Below are positions 1 to 14,515 of a DNA stretch of 64,000 nucleotides, piece after piece. Numbering within the stretch: the stretch's first letter is position 1; each line of letters begins with the position of its first letter. The notes under the pieces are model-generated. The model had not been told where the DNA came from. It searched no databases and was given only the letters and a program-made list of their open reading frames with translations. This DNA comes from Octopus vulgaris (taxonomy: Eukaryota), in assembly GCA_951406725.2 (NCBI GenBank), contig OX597836.1, positions 35,774,001-35,838,000 on the forward strand, read 5' to 3'. A program made the translations under genes and the position numbers.

Positions 1-389
1 TTGTATGTATGTATGTATCGATGTATGTATGTATGTATGGATGGATGGATGTATGTATGTATGTATGGATGGATGTATGTATGTATGTGTATGTATGTAT
101 GTATGAATGTATGTATGTATGAATGTATGAATGTATGCATGTAAGTATGAATGAATGTATGTATGTATGTATATATGCATGTATGTATGTATGTATGTAT
201 GCATATATGGATGTATGTATGTATGTATGCATGTATGTATGTATGCATGTATGTATGTATGTATGCATGTATGCAAGCATTCACGTATTTATGTATGTAT
301 GTATGCATGTATGTATGTATGCATGTATGTATGTATGTAAGTATGTATGTATGTATGTAAGTATGTATGTATGTATGTAAGTATGTATG

Positions 390-420
<31 letters not shown>

Positions 421-1489
421 GTATGTATGTATGTATGCATGTATGCATGTATGCATGTATGGATCTAAGTATGAATGTATGTATGTATATATGCATGTAT
501 GTATGTATGTATGTATGTATGTATGTATGTATGTATGTAGGTATGAATGTATGTATGGTATGTATGTATGTATGCATGTATGTATGTATGTATGTTTGTA
601 TGTATATATGCATGTATGTAGGTAAGTATGTATGTATATATGCATGTAAGTATGTATGTATGTATGTTTGTATATATGCATTCATGTATGTATGTATGCA
701 TGTATATATGCATGTAGGCATGTGTGTATGTATGTATGTATGTATGTATGCATGTATGCATGCACGTAAGTATGTATTCATGTATGTATGCATGTATGTA
801 TGTATGCATGCATTCACGTATGTATGTATGTATGTATGTATGTATGCATGTATGGATGCATGTAGTTATGTATTCATGTATGTATGTATGCATGTATGTA
901 TGTATGTATGCATGCATGCATTCACGTATGTATGTATGTATGTATGTATACATGTATGCATGTATGTATGATGTATGTAAGTATGTAAGTATGTATGTAT
1001 GTATGCATGTATGCATGTATGTATGTATGTATGCATGTATGTATGTATGCATGTATGTATGTATGTATGCATGCATGCATTCACATATGTATGTATGCAT
1101 GTATGCATGTATGTATGTAAGTATGTAAGTATGTATGTATGTATGTATGCATGTATGTATGTATGTAAGTATGTAAGTATGTATGTATGTATGCATGTAT
1201 GCATGTATGTATGTATGTATGTATGCATGTATGTATGTATGCATGTATGTATGTATGTATGCATGCATGCATTCACGTATGTATGTATGTATGTATGCAT
1301 GTATGTATGTAAGTATGTAAGTATGTATGTATGTATGTATGTATGTATGCATGTATGCATGTATGCATGTATGCATGTATGTATGTATGCATGTATGTAT
1401 GCATGTATGTATGTATGTATGCATGCATGTATGTATGGATGTATGTATGTATGCATGTATGTATGTATGTATGTATGTATGTATGTATG
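1..1489. repeat. Long imperfect (ATGT)n tetranucleotide array with recurring variant blocks
   Basis: Direct reading; the variant gcattca(c)gtat recurs near 276, 808, 918, 1077 and 1268. The MYVC/HTYI ORFs are artefacts of this array. Confidence 0.97.
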
Positions 1490-1963
1490 ACAGTTACTTT
1501 TGAGAAGTCTCTAGTTGCGCATGAGAAAGTAAGGAGGGATGTCAGGAAGGGCATCGCTGTTACGCTTCCAGATGGGATAGTCTTCCTATGATGCTGACAT
1601 GCAGTGTCTGTGCAAGACCCTGCCTCAGTAAAGCTGAACTCAAGAGTCATCTTCGTAGTCATAAAGCTAGACAGATGAGAGACAACCTGGCCACTGATGG
1701 TGGTGTTACACACCATGCTAATCATATCTGTGAAGCATGTGGAAGAGAGTGTAATTCGGCAGGAGGACTTAAACAACATGCAAAGGTACATGAAGCCCAG
1801 TTACAACTACAGCCGGCTATTACCGGTAAAGGTTTTAGCTGCCATTTCTGTACAAGACAATTTAGATCTTTTGCTGGGCTAAAAAGTCACATTCGATCAC
1901 AGCACCAGTAACAGTTAAGCTTTGTGCAATGGCCATACTCGATAACGAGGGGGCAGCCATCAT
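1490..1963 (+). mobile_element. 5'-truncated RTE-clade LINE 3' end encoding three C2H2 zinc fingers, frameshifted near 1588
   Basis: TFEKSLVAHEKVRRDVRKG is RTE C-terminal-like. It is followed by CSVC-x12-HLRSH, CEAC-x12-HAKVH and CHFC-x12-HIRSQH (ORF 1588-1911), then a short 3' UTR running into an (ATGT)/(ATGG) tail. Confidence 0.7.
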
Positions 1964-2164
1964 GTATGTATGTATGTATGTATGTATGGATGGATGGATG
2001 GATGGATGGATGGATGGATGGATTTATGGATGTATATATGTATGTTCGTGTATGCGTATGTTCGTATGCATGCATGCATGTATTCAAGTATGTATATATG
2101 CATGTATGTATACGTGCAGATTTGAACTTTTGTTTTATGCATGACTTCTCATGCATATACTTTC

Positions 2165-2510
2165 ATGTCTGGACATGCTCATATAAACTTCGATGAACAA
2201 CTTCCAGAAAGTTTTACAGTTTTTACAGTTCCAGTATCGGATTGGATCTGTAAACTTCGAACCAGCTTTCTCCGTTTTGGTTTTGAGAAGTCTAAATTCT
2301 CAAGATTGGTATTTAGGCAGTTTGTTACATATCCCAGTGCCCCAATAATTACAGGTATAAACCTCAACTTTTAATCTGGATAGAGTGACTGCAGATTTCT
2401 TTTTCGCTGATCGTTTGCTTTATGTTAACATCCGCTGGGCAGATAATTTCCTCAACTGCATCTAGTTTCTCTTCTCTATCACAAACCATTATACCAGGCC
2501 TATTGTGTTA
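2165..2510 (-). mobile_element. Degenerate restriction-like endonuclease C-terminus of an R4/Dong-type non-LTR retrotransposon
   Basis: Minus-strand translation HNRPGIMVCDREEK..EIICPADVNI..RFIPVIIGALGYVT..LQIQSDTGTVK, with a stop and frameshift. Confidence 0.7.
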
Positions 2511-2710
2511 TGTCTGTGTGTCTGTATGTATATGTCAGTTCACTCTTAATGATACTAGTAACATGCAACCTAGTACAGCTCCTTATCTGGATGGGCTGTC
2601 GGTGACTAAACTGGTAAACCCTGCAATCGTTCTAAGTAACGAAAGTGTATATGTTTGGTATCCTGTAGGAGGAAAATAGAAAACCTATCAAAGGTCAGAT
2701 TAACACAATA

Positions 2711-2938
2711 CCTATTTCTTTACTACCCACAAGGGGCTAAACACAGAGGGGACAAACAAGGACAGACAAACGGATCAAGTCGATTATATCGACCCCAGTG
2801 CGTAACTGGTACTTAATTTATCGACACCGAAAGGATGAAAGGCAAAGTCGACCTCGGCGAAATTTGAAGTCAGAACGTAACGGCAGACGAAATACGGTCA
2901 CGCACTTCGCCCGGCGTGCTAACGTTTCTGCCAGCTCA
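2711..2938 (-). mobile_element. tRNA-derived SINE, group A
   Basis: Reverse complement of GAGCTGGCAGAAACGTTAGCACGCCGGGCGAA..GAGGTCGACTTTGCCTTTCATCCTTTCGG..; many copies in the window. Confidence 0.9.
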
Positions 2939-3825
2939 CTGTTCTAAGTAAGGAAGGTGTTTGGTATCCTGTAGGAAAATACAAAACCTATCAAAGTCAG
3001 ATTAACGCAATACCGTGAACAATCCTTCAACTGTTGTTAATGAGTGCCCTTGTTTTTGTTTAGATATCTCTCTAGGAATAAGAAATTCTGAAATACCTAC
3101 TACACAGTGAAGTCGCAGATATTGCTCTTGATTATGTCTGAACTACTTGCATTTGTATGTTAGCGGAGTTGCGTAACCTGTTATTGACTTCAAACTTCAG
3201 CACAGACGTTGTTAACAGCCATTTTCTTTTTTAACATATTTGTTAAGATAATTTCTCAGTGATTACCATAATCGCCATTGAGCTAGTATCTACCGTCTAC
3301 ATATGTATATGTGTGTACATGTGTATGCATGTGTGTATGTATGTTTAAGTACATATGTGCGTGTGTCCATGTACGTGTCTGTGCGTGTATATATGTATCT
3401 ATGTGTATGTCGGTTACTTTATATTTATGTGTATATAAAATAACGCGTGTATATCAGCTCGTTAAGAATGAAATGTCCAATTTTGAGCTGAGAGTTCATT
3501 TTACTTTATCTCAACAAAATGCGATGCAGTTAATCAACGTAGATTCCACAATTATCAACAGAAGTTTGCCATTTTATTGGTAGTTTATTTATGACGAAAA
3601 ATTTTATAGAGCTGTCTGGGATGCGTTGGTTCCACGACGGAACTCATATTCATAAACAGCATGAATTTTATTTTTATGTTTCCATAGGTTCACAAAAATT
3701 GATTTCAAGAGAAAACTCACAAAATAATCGCATACCATAAATTGCATTTCGAACAGTGATGATGTAACTTTCCAATGAGGTAAAACAAAGAACAGTCAGA
3801 ATATCAAATTAGAGTTAACGACTGT

Positions 3826-3941
<116 letters not shown>

Positions 3942-4194
3942 AGCGTGTATGTACGTATAAGATGAGTACCTGTGAGGGGCCATACAAACACACAAACCAA
4001 ATGTATATTAGCTGATAAGTATTTGTACGTTAAGTTACAAATACAGCCAAGATGGCTTCCATTTCATTATTATTCATTCACGATATGCAATGATGACATA
4101 TCCATATTTAATATATTCATGACATCATCTACTTCTTTCAACTTCCTAGTAATAAATAATGGTTCATTCCAGCGTAAGTTCGTTGTTGCAACCA

Positions 4195-4640
4195 TAACAT
4201 ATACACTTGGAAGATCCTGGAAGGACTTGTCCCAAACTTTGGCATCGAGAGTTACACAAATACTAGAACTGGGCGCCACTGCATAGTGCCAAGGACTCCA
4301 AATTTGCCATCAAGATGTAGGGCAAGATACTGCGATAGCCTGGGCTTCAGAGGTCCACAGCTCTTCAATATCCTCCCGAAGGACCTGAGAGACCTGCATG
4401 GAGTGGATGCGGATCTCTTTAAAATAAAGCTGGACCTCTTCCTGTCAGGTGTCCCAGATGAACCAACTTCACGGCAGGAGGTCCGGCTGAAGGCAGCTGC
4501 ATCAAACTCTCTCATGCCCCAAACGTCAATTGCTAAAAAGCATTCGTGAAGTAGAATCATGTAGCAACACCGAATGGTGGTGCCCCAGCATGGCCACAGC
4601 TCGTGAGCTGAAACTAGATGAAAATGAAAACAATGAAAAA
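4195..4640 (+). mobile_element. CR1-type LINE 3' end (ORF2 C-terminus and 3' UTR)
   Basis: YTWKILEGLVPNFG..TGRHCIVP..SLGFRGPQLFNILPKDLRDLHGVDADLFKIKLDLFLSGVPDEP; tail ggtggtgccccagcatggccacagc..ctgaaac. Confidence 0.8.
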
Positions 4641-5014
4641 TAACCATCGTTGCACTATTATAAAAGTAATTTCCCAACATCACTTAACAAAATCCCTTTC
4701 GTAATCAACATTGTTTTAGAATATTAATATATAATGTTTTATGGCATATTTCCACAATAGATGCAATCACAATTTTGTGATGATTAAATATTATAAGACA
4801 GAAATAATGTCGACACAAGCTTCAAACTGCATGATTACAGCAGTTCAGAATACTACACCATCTCTACATATACGTTATACTAGCATGTGTGTGTTTAAGT
4901 GTGTGTGAATGTGTGTGCGGTATGTATGTATATTAATATATGGATAATACCATACAAAATTCTGGTGCCTTTAACTTAAGTACCATATTCATCTGAATCT
5001 AAATTTTACTGAAA

Positions 5015-5216
5015 TTATATATATATAATTATAACTATAATTAAGGGTTTAGCAACACGTTGCTTTACCACATACTGAAAATTTAGAAATAGCAGCCAAA
5101 AGACCGATATTTCTTTTCACTACAAAATATGACTCCACAGATAACAATATTGTTATTTCTAGATTTTCGGTATGTGGTGAAGAAATTTGTTGCTAAACCC
5201 TTAATTATAATTATAG

Positions 5217-5235
<19 letters not shown>
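5015..5235. repeat. Foldback (inverted repeat) element between TA runs
   Basis: ataattaagggtttagcaaca..ccacatactgaaaatttagaaata versus tatttctagattttcggtatgtgg..tgttgctaaacccttaattat. Confidence 0.85.
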
Positions 5236-5250
<15 letters not shown>

Positions 5251-5347
5251 AAGCTTTTTGCATAACTTTTTACCTAATATGGTTCTTTTCCCTACCGAAA
5301 TTACTTGGTAAAATTTATTAATTATTAAATTAATAATCCTTTACCCT

Positions 5348-7450
<2,103 letters not shown>

Positions 7451-7692
7451 TATATATATATATATAAAATATCGTCATGGTTGTATGTCTTATCTGGGAT
7501 TGATGTATTCAGTGTTGTTTTCTTCCAACTCATAATCCGGCTATCTTTCGCTCTATTTAATTGATCAACAATGTGTACAAAGAAGATTCCAATAATCCGA
7601 AAGTGTGCAAAATCAAATTCTAAGCTCAGTTAAAAGTTAGATAACGATTCCTAGGAGAATATCCTATAGCATTTCTTGGTGAAATTCCGTTT

Positions 7693-7987
7693 GTTTGTTC
7701 CTTCTCGAGTCACGCCTGTCTCATAAGTGCCGGTTCCCCGGTTTCCTTGGCGTATAGGTTCTCCACCGGGACCGGACGCCGGTCCGTCGCAGGTGAGTTG
7801 CAAGATGCAGGAGGAAAGAGTTAGAGGAAGTTGTGGCGAAAGAGTCTGCAGAAGTTCGCCATTACCTTCTAACGGAGCCGCGTGGAGCTTAGGTGTTTCG
7901 CTCATAAACACACACATCGCTCGGTCTAAGATTCGAACCTGCGATCCCTCAACCGCGACTCCGCTGCTCTAACCATTAGACCTCCAC
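7693..7987 (-). mobile_element. tRNA-derived SINE, group C (tail type 2)
   Basis: Homologous to 28774-29068; flanked by the TSD aattccgtttgt. Confidence 0.88.
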
Positions 7988-8159
7988 ACAATTCCGTTTG
8001 TGTATATGTACAACTGCTAGCATGAACATTATCTGCATTATTAAAAATATTTAGAATATTTCAATTGTTTGTTTCTTATCACGTTCTTTCTGTGGGTTTC
8101 CCAACAAACATATTTCTGTCCTTAAGTGGATATGTACAAGGATATCCTCAACTTAATTT

Positions 8160-8330
8160 TCGGTGAAATTCAGCATGATACAGTTTGTGTCAAGGGTGGG
8201 CCCTTTAAAACAAAGGTTTCGCTCATTTTTACCAGTCTGGCAACGTGAAATAAAGTGCATTGTTCAAGCATACAACGCTCTGCCAGGAATCGAACTCCCG
8301 TATACCCCACACTCTAACTCTCTCACCTAC
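8160..8330 (-). mobile_element. Degenerate SINE, group D
   Basis: gcaacgtgaaataaagtg..tcaag..acaacgc..ggaatcgaactc matches 19890-19947. Confidence 0.7.
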
Positions 8331-9004
8331 GCTCATGTTTAAAATAACTGAGAACATGAAACAGTTAATCAAACGTATGTGTGAAAAGGTATATTTTATT
8401 TAGAGAAATTTTCACGTAAAAACTTCACATTCCTAACAAAATACCATCTGCAATCAAAGCAATGGAATTATCTCTATATAATAAAGAATTAAAGTCCAAA
8501 TCTAATATCTCCGATGACCCATAGCTCCAGGATTTGAAGCCACTAGTAACACTAGTTTATAACATAAGCAAACCGCTAAAGTAAATAATAGTAATGATTT
8601 TCATAAATGCCAATGCACATATTGGTTCTTCCAAGCAACATGGCAAAAGCTGAAGAAAACTAATACCAATATCTGATTCAATAACAATAGTGCAAAACAC
8701 TAATCTTCAGCTTTTAAGACAAAGGATAAATTTGACTACTTAGAAGTATTTTAAAATATCAGAAACCTCAATAAATGTCGGATCGTTAATATCACTTAGT
8801 GCAAAGCGGCGTAGGTTAAGAAGTACATGTGATGTTTGATCAATAGCAGTATTATGGGGGCCACGAATCTTCGACACTGGAATGAGATATCTTTAGTATT
8901 TGGTTGCCAATAACATATGTTACTACAATAAGTGCAACTTCACAGTTTCAAATTCTGTAATATTATGCTCCAATCTCTGAAGTATTCTTATTGGTTTCGA
9001 CCTT

Positions 9005-9235
9005 ATCTTTCATCTTCTACAGGCTTCAGCCATTGGACTGTAGCTATGCTGTGACATAGACTTAAAAGGTTTACACTAACAATCGATAAATCGATCGCAG
9101 TATGTTTTTCTTTTCTTTTTCTCAATCTGGTACTTAATCAAATGGCCCCTTTTTTTCACAAGCCTCTTAGTTATGGACGTAAACATACCAACACAAGTTG
9201 TCAAGCAGTGGTGTGGGACAAACACTAACACAATA
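9005..9235 (-). mobile_element. Degenerate SINE group B, 3' half
   Basis: ttcagccattggactgtagctatgctg..gacgtaaacataccaacac..ttgtcaagc. Confidence 0.6.
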
Positions 9236-9291
9236 TTGCACACATTCCTTGTATAATCCAAATTCGTTTCACAAATTTATAGAAACAAATA

Positions 9292-9686
9292 TTTATATAT
9301 AAAAGAGAGGTTGTGTGTCTGTCTCCTACGATTTAGATTCCTAACTACTCCCACATTTTGCGGTGCAGTTTAACCAAAACCGGGTATCTTATAGTCGGGA
9401 TTCATATCGAGGCCTTCTGGGTATTAGCGCGCGTCTACAATGAGTCTACGATTTTTAAAATAATTTACCATCAATGTTTTCCATTTTAATGCATTTTTTC
9501 GCAATTATATAAGGGAAGTACCTCTCTAAAAATGTCTACGATGAATCAACGATTTAAAAAAAAAATTATCATCATTTGTTTTCCATTTTTAATGCATTTT
9601 TTGCTACTTTTTGGCTATAACTCTCTAAAAATGCTTATATAGTTATTTCCCTTACAAACCCGAGCAACGCCGGGCGATACTGCTAG
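9292..9686 (+). mobile_element. Non-autonomous Helitron-like element
   Basis: 3' hairpin cccgagcaacgccgggc, then CTAG|T; 5' region shared with 50715-51224; no TSD. Confidence 0.8.
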
Positions 9687-9739
9687 TGATATATAAATTC
9701 TTTATTAGAAAGAGAAATGAAAGTAAACCTTCATGTTTC

Positions 9740-10317
9740 AACGTTAACACTGGTGGCGGCACCCAGTTTCCTCGAAAGGTTGGGGATGGAATGAACAACC
9801 TTCTGAGGGACTTCGTCTAGGATATCCTTGAGATCTACCAGAATCCGTGTCTCCAGGTCCTCCAGTGTGCGAGGTTTTGTCTTGTCTACCTTCTCATTTG
9901 TGTATTCCCACAGGTAAAAGTCATATGGAGTGAGACCTGGACTTTTTGGAGGTCATTCATGAAGTCTGCGTCGTGCCATCAGGTGTTAGCTCTTGCACGT
10001 AATGGGGTTCCCACGGACGAGAATATACATTCCAAAGCAACGCCGCGCGTACTGTGTGTCTTGTTAATCCACTTTCACGAGCTGCTTGATGTACTCTCTC
10101 TTTACTCTTTTACTTGTTTCAGTCATTTGACTGCGGCCATGCTGGAGCACCGCCTTTTTAATCGAGCAACTCGACCCTGGGACTTATTCTTTTGTAAGCC
10201 CAGTACTTATTCTATCGGTCTCTTTTGCCGAACCGCTAAGTAACGGGGACATAAACATACCAGCATCGGTTGTCAAGCAATGTTAGGGGAACAAACACAG
10301 ACACACAAACACACACA

Positions 10318-10352
<35 letters not shown>

Positions 10353-10686
10353 CGGGCCTCTTTCAGTTTCCGTCAACCAAATCCACTCACAAGGCTTTGG
10401 TCGGCCCGAGGCTATAGTAGAAGACACTTGCCCAAGGTGCCACGCAGTAGGACTGAACCAAAACAATGAAAGTCCACGCTTCATAGCGTGCTGCTATCTT
10501 ACCTTGCTCTTGAACAGTCAAGCGACCGGCGATCTGGAAAATAAGAAATAAGAAATAAGACCATAAGAAAATAAAAAAAATCCTAATTAGTGTTGTCCGC
10601 TTAAAACTGTCTTCGTCGTGATTTCAGCGATGCTAAAAATTATACAAAGTAATTTCTAACGCCTACTTTCTTTCCACCCACCCTGT
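9740..10686 (-). mobile_element. Decayed Tc1/mariner-superfamily transposon, interrupted by a SINE
   Basis: Minus-strand terminus TACAGGGTG at 10686; N-terminal LTVQEQGKIAARYEAW; C-terminal PPKSPGLTPYDFYLWEYTNEKVDKTKPRTLEDLETRI (WPPRSPDL-like). Confidence 0.75.
10095..10460 (-). mobile_element. CORE-like SINE group B with internal (TA/CA)n
   Basis: Reverse complement of gttcagtcc.actgcgtggcaccttgggcaagtgtcttctactatagcctcgggccgacc..ctccagcatggccgcagtcaaatgactgaaacaagtaaaagag. Confidence 0.92.
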
Positions 10687-10956
10687 ATGTATAAAATTAA
10701 TATAGATAGCAGTCTACAATGTTTTACCAAAAAGGAAATCTGTAATTGTCACTAAATGTGAGTAGCGCGTGACTCGATATACAATTATTGGGTTTGACTA
10801 CAGTATTCCCGCATTTTATCCTTAATATAGGTGTTTCTAACACACTAGTCAAATTTAGTGAGAATTATACATATATGTGTGTGTATATAGATATATGTGT
10901 ATATATACGTATATATATATATATATGTATATGTATGTATATATATATGTGTGTGC

Positions 10957-10993
<37 letters not shown>

Positions 10994-11072
10994 TTATTTG
11001 AGGGAATAAAATCCAAATTTACAAGGAAAAAAATTCAATTTAGAAATACTAAATCAAATTTCACACAATATA

Positions 11073-11325
11073 ATATATATATATATATAAAATTAGAAAA
11101 AAAAAACACCTTTTATCAATTCAAAATGAACAATTAAATTACACCATCTAGAAAATTACATATAATAGAAAATTTAAAATTAAAATAACAATAAAATGTA
11201 AAGAATAAATAAATTCCAAAAATAATAATAATTATTATATGTAATTTTCTAGATGGTGTAATTTAATTGTTCATTTTGAATTGATAATAGGTGGGTTTTT
11301 TCTAATTTATATATATATATATATG
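11073..11325. repeat. Foldback element in TA runs
   Basis: ttatcaattcaaaatgaacaattaaattacaccatctagaaaattacatataata and its reverse complement at about 11234-11288. Confidence 0.9.
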
Positions 11326-11909
11326 TATGTATGGATTTGTGTTGCAAGACTCCTGATGTGAAGTCGTGTGTTGAAACAGATATTGTTGTATTTCGGAAGG
11401 GTCATTTTTTGTTACCAAATAAACACAGGCACTATGTATTCGTTCTTCACTCGTGTACTACTATTCTGATTCTAAATCATGTCCACTGTCCAGAAAATGT
11501 CTCATACACATTTGCATAGTATGTGTGCGTGAGTGTCGCTATACGTAGCATGCAGTTTAAGCTTTGTAAACGTGATGCGTAATTTGTTTTCCTTCCATTC
11601 TTTGTTAATAACATGGTAAATCAGACAGCACATATCTGTAATTATGTTTCCTTTACTTTGGTTGTGGCGAACTCTTACAAAGTTTCAATCCATCTTAGTA
11701 TTAACAATGATAATTATTCCACCCACTCTTCAATCCTCTTATTTGCTTTCGGTAAGAAGAACTAGTACAGGACCGGCGCAATATATTCAGACGCGAATAT
11801 GTGAACATGTTTGCATACTTCATACGACATATTCTAAGCTATCTGCTGTGTGTTGCGTTCCAGAAACACACGTGACACACTCTCATTAAAAGACCGCTTC
11901 TCTTCTTCA

Positions 11910-12246
11910 TTTGAAAATTCTCTTGGAGATTCATATAAGATTCTCCGCTCTTACACGCACTTGCCTCAACGCCCGGTGTATTAGGGTGGGACGGTGCCAC
12001 CGGGGCCGCCACGTATCTGGGACGCTCACCGGTTCGACGCATCAGCGGATTCTGGACGACTGCCCCTTATTCGAAGCCAGCTGGGGCAACTGAGACGTCC
12101 TACCGACGTTCAACGCGTTAACGGATCTCGGCAACGGTCCCTTCTCTCTCCTCTGGCGCCAGGTGGCCGGTACGCAGGCCGCAGGAAGCCCCGGCCGGTC
12201 AACCCGCGAGGGTGGGGTTTTTGCTACTTCTACAAAAAAAAAAAAA
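11910..12246 (+). mobile_element. GC/CpG-rich poly(A)-tailed retroposed fragment, family unknown
   Basis: Abrupt GC-rich island ending in ctacttctac followed by an A run. Confidence 0.5.
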
Positions 12247-12600
12247 TTATTTGTACTTTCATCGAAAGGCAAAGAATGTCCAGTTGTGTAAAATAGGAAT
12301 CAAAGGGGCTGATAGGGGCGCATAGGCAAAACATGGTTGAGAACCACTGATCTAAGTTATAGGTACACTATATAATATAGATATATAATATACGATGTTG
12401 TATACAACTTTTATCTTTTTCGTTGCTTCCCTCATTAGATTGCAGCCTTGTAAAGGTTGAAAAAATGGAATAAGTACTTGTGTCGATTCATTCGATTAAA
12501 ACCGCTCAATGCCCCAGCATGGTTGCAGTCGTGTAACTGAAACAGGAAAGAGAATGAATATATATATATATATATATGTATGTATATATATATATATATA

Positions 12601-12815
12601 GTTAATCCAAACAAGAAAACACAGAAAAAAAGAGAAAAAAAAACACAGCAACGCAGGACGTGGAACAATTAAAGTATTATTGACGCTCAGGAAAGAAGGG
12701 AAGGAGGGTTTAACGTTTCGAGCGGAGCTCTTCGTCGGAAAAAAGGAGAAGGAAAGATCCCAAGAAGGGAAGACAGAGGAAAAAATATTTGAGCTGGTGG
12801 TGCTCAAGAGATCAC
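12601..12815 (-). mobile_element. TA-flanked short element with a minimal hammerhead motif (family H1, copy 1)
   Basis: Homologous to 16899-17105; minus strand CCGACGA-a-gagc-tcc-gctc-GAAAC-GTTA at about 12708-12742. Confidence 0.65.
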
Positions 12816-13493
12816 ACATATATATATATATATATAAATTATAAAAGATAAAAATCGTAACCAGTTTGTTATTGTCAACAACTGATAAAGCTTAAATTTG
12901 ACATTTTTCGTTATATGTTTGTTTAATTTGAAATTTTTGTTTGGTCTGAAGATATTTTATAAGTGTTTAGTTATCTTACGGAAATGTCATGAAGACAACG
13001 CGTTCAATAAAAGAAAGGTTAATGTTTTACTAAAAAAAAATTTTTTTCGCTATTAGGTAAAAACGACAAGTAAAACACGTGGGTGTGTATATGATTGATG
13101 GGTCAAGAAGTACAGTTGAAGTCAACAATCTTTCGGTGTAGATTCCCAGTGAGACAATGACAATAACTGTCCTCTCCTATAGCCTTGGGTCTAGGTTGTG
13201 TCAGTTGAATGTAGTAGAGAGAAATAGAGATGAAGTCGATAATGTATATACATATCCGCATGTGTATGTGTGTGTACGAAGGTGCACCATGTATACATAC
13301 ATACATACAAGATCTTGAATATCATCTAACTCCTTTTTAAAGCTTGTTATTTACTCTTAATCTAAATGTATTTTTGGCATTTCTCGCTTTCTGTTTGTCA
13401 ACGCCGAACGATCTCGTTATTTTGGTCTACTTTACTAATATAAGTTAGAATTTGAATTCGTCAGTAACAGCTTGGGGGATCTGTGGGGATGTC

Positions 13494-13910
13494 GGATCTT
13501 TTCGATTTGACCGGCAGTCTTTTCTAGCGGTGTCATATGAAAATGTCACCCATAATTATGACCCTAGTATCGATCTATTGCATTTCAATCTGTTTTAGGG
13601 TTAGGGTTAGGGGTGGGGGAAAGCGCATGTTTTCTTCTTCACTAATGTAAATAAACCCAATATGTTTCTTAAACGTGGGAGATATTTATACGGCACCGAA
13701 TGTTTTTTACCTCAATAGACGTAATTGATTGGCTGAAATTGCAGAAATTGAAGAAAAAAACAACAAATATCTTACAAACTATAGAATTTTTTCAATAAAG
13801 CCAAGAGAAAAAGATGTTTTATAAACACATTCTACTAGTATACGAAGTTTAAAAGTGTTTAGTTACGTGGAAATTATTTTGAAAATCTGCTGTTGAAACC
13901 GAAAAGATCC
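13494..13910 (+). mobile_element. MITE with GGATCTTTTCGGTTTGAACGGCAG TIRs and internal TTAGGG repeats
   Basis: TIRs with a few mismatches; 8-bp TSD gggatgtc/gagatgtc. Confidence 0.92.
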
Positions 13911-14079
13911 GAGATGTCTGCACTTTTCTGTGTTCTCACATTGGGATTCAGCAGATCGCCATATCGTGCTATTAACGAATTGGTTAATTTTAGCTGAAAA
14001 CCTGCACTCGCTTTAATTCGATGTATATTTATGAATTCTTCTATGTTTGAAGATTACGATGAAGTAAGTTAAAAAAAGT

Positions 14080-14515
14080 GGATCTTTTCGGTTTGAACGG
14101 CAGTTTTTAGCATAATTTCTAGGCAACTAAAAAATTTTAAACTTCGTATACTGGTAGAATGTGTTTATAAAACATCTTTTTCTCTTGGCTTTATTGAGAA
14201 AATTCTATAGTTTGGAAGATATTTGTTGTTGTTTTTTCTTCAATTTCTACAATTTCAACCAATCAGTGACGTCTATTGAGTTAAAAAGCATTCTGTGCCG
14301 AATGAATATGTCCCTCGTTTAAGAAACAGTTTGGGTTTATTTACATTTGTGAAGAAAAAAAGATACCCTTCACCACCCCTAACCCTAACTAACCGTAACT
14401 AACCCTAACCCTAAAAGAGATTGAAATGCAATAGCTCGATTCTAGAGTCATAATTATGGGTGACACTTTCATATGACACCGCTAGAAAAAACTGCCGTTC
14501 AAACCGAAAAGATCT
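14080..14515 (-). mobile_element. Same telomere-repeat MITE, opposite orientation
   Basis: TIRs; TSD aaaaaagt/aaaaatgt; internal ccctaa repeats. Confidence 0.92.

Noticed and set aside
123-1490. Long ORFs up to 319 aa (MYVC/HTYI repeats)
   Set aside because: They are translations of the (ATGT)n microsatellite; the same applies to the YI, LSIY, CV and poly-L/V/T/N ORFs elsewhere.
1588-1911. Host C2H2 zinc-finger transcription factor gene
   Set aside because: No TGEKP linkers, an upstream frameshifted RTE-like peptide and a microsatellite tail favour a LINE fragment.
11355-11410. Hammerhead-like words ctgatgt..gaaac
   Set aside because: The core is mismatched and stems I and II cannot be formed convincingly.
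12300-12349. hAT-type terminus ggttgagaaccactg
   Set aside because: Only one end was found, with no matching TIR or TSD; too little to call a feature.
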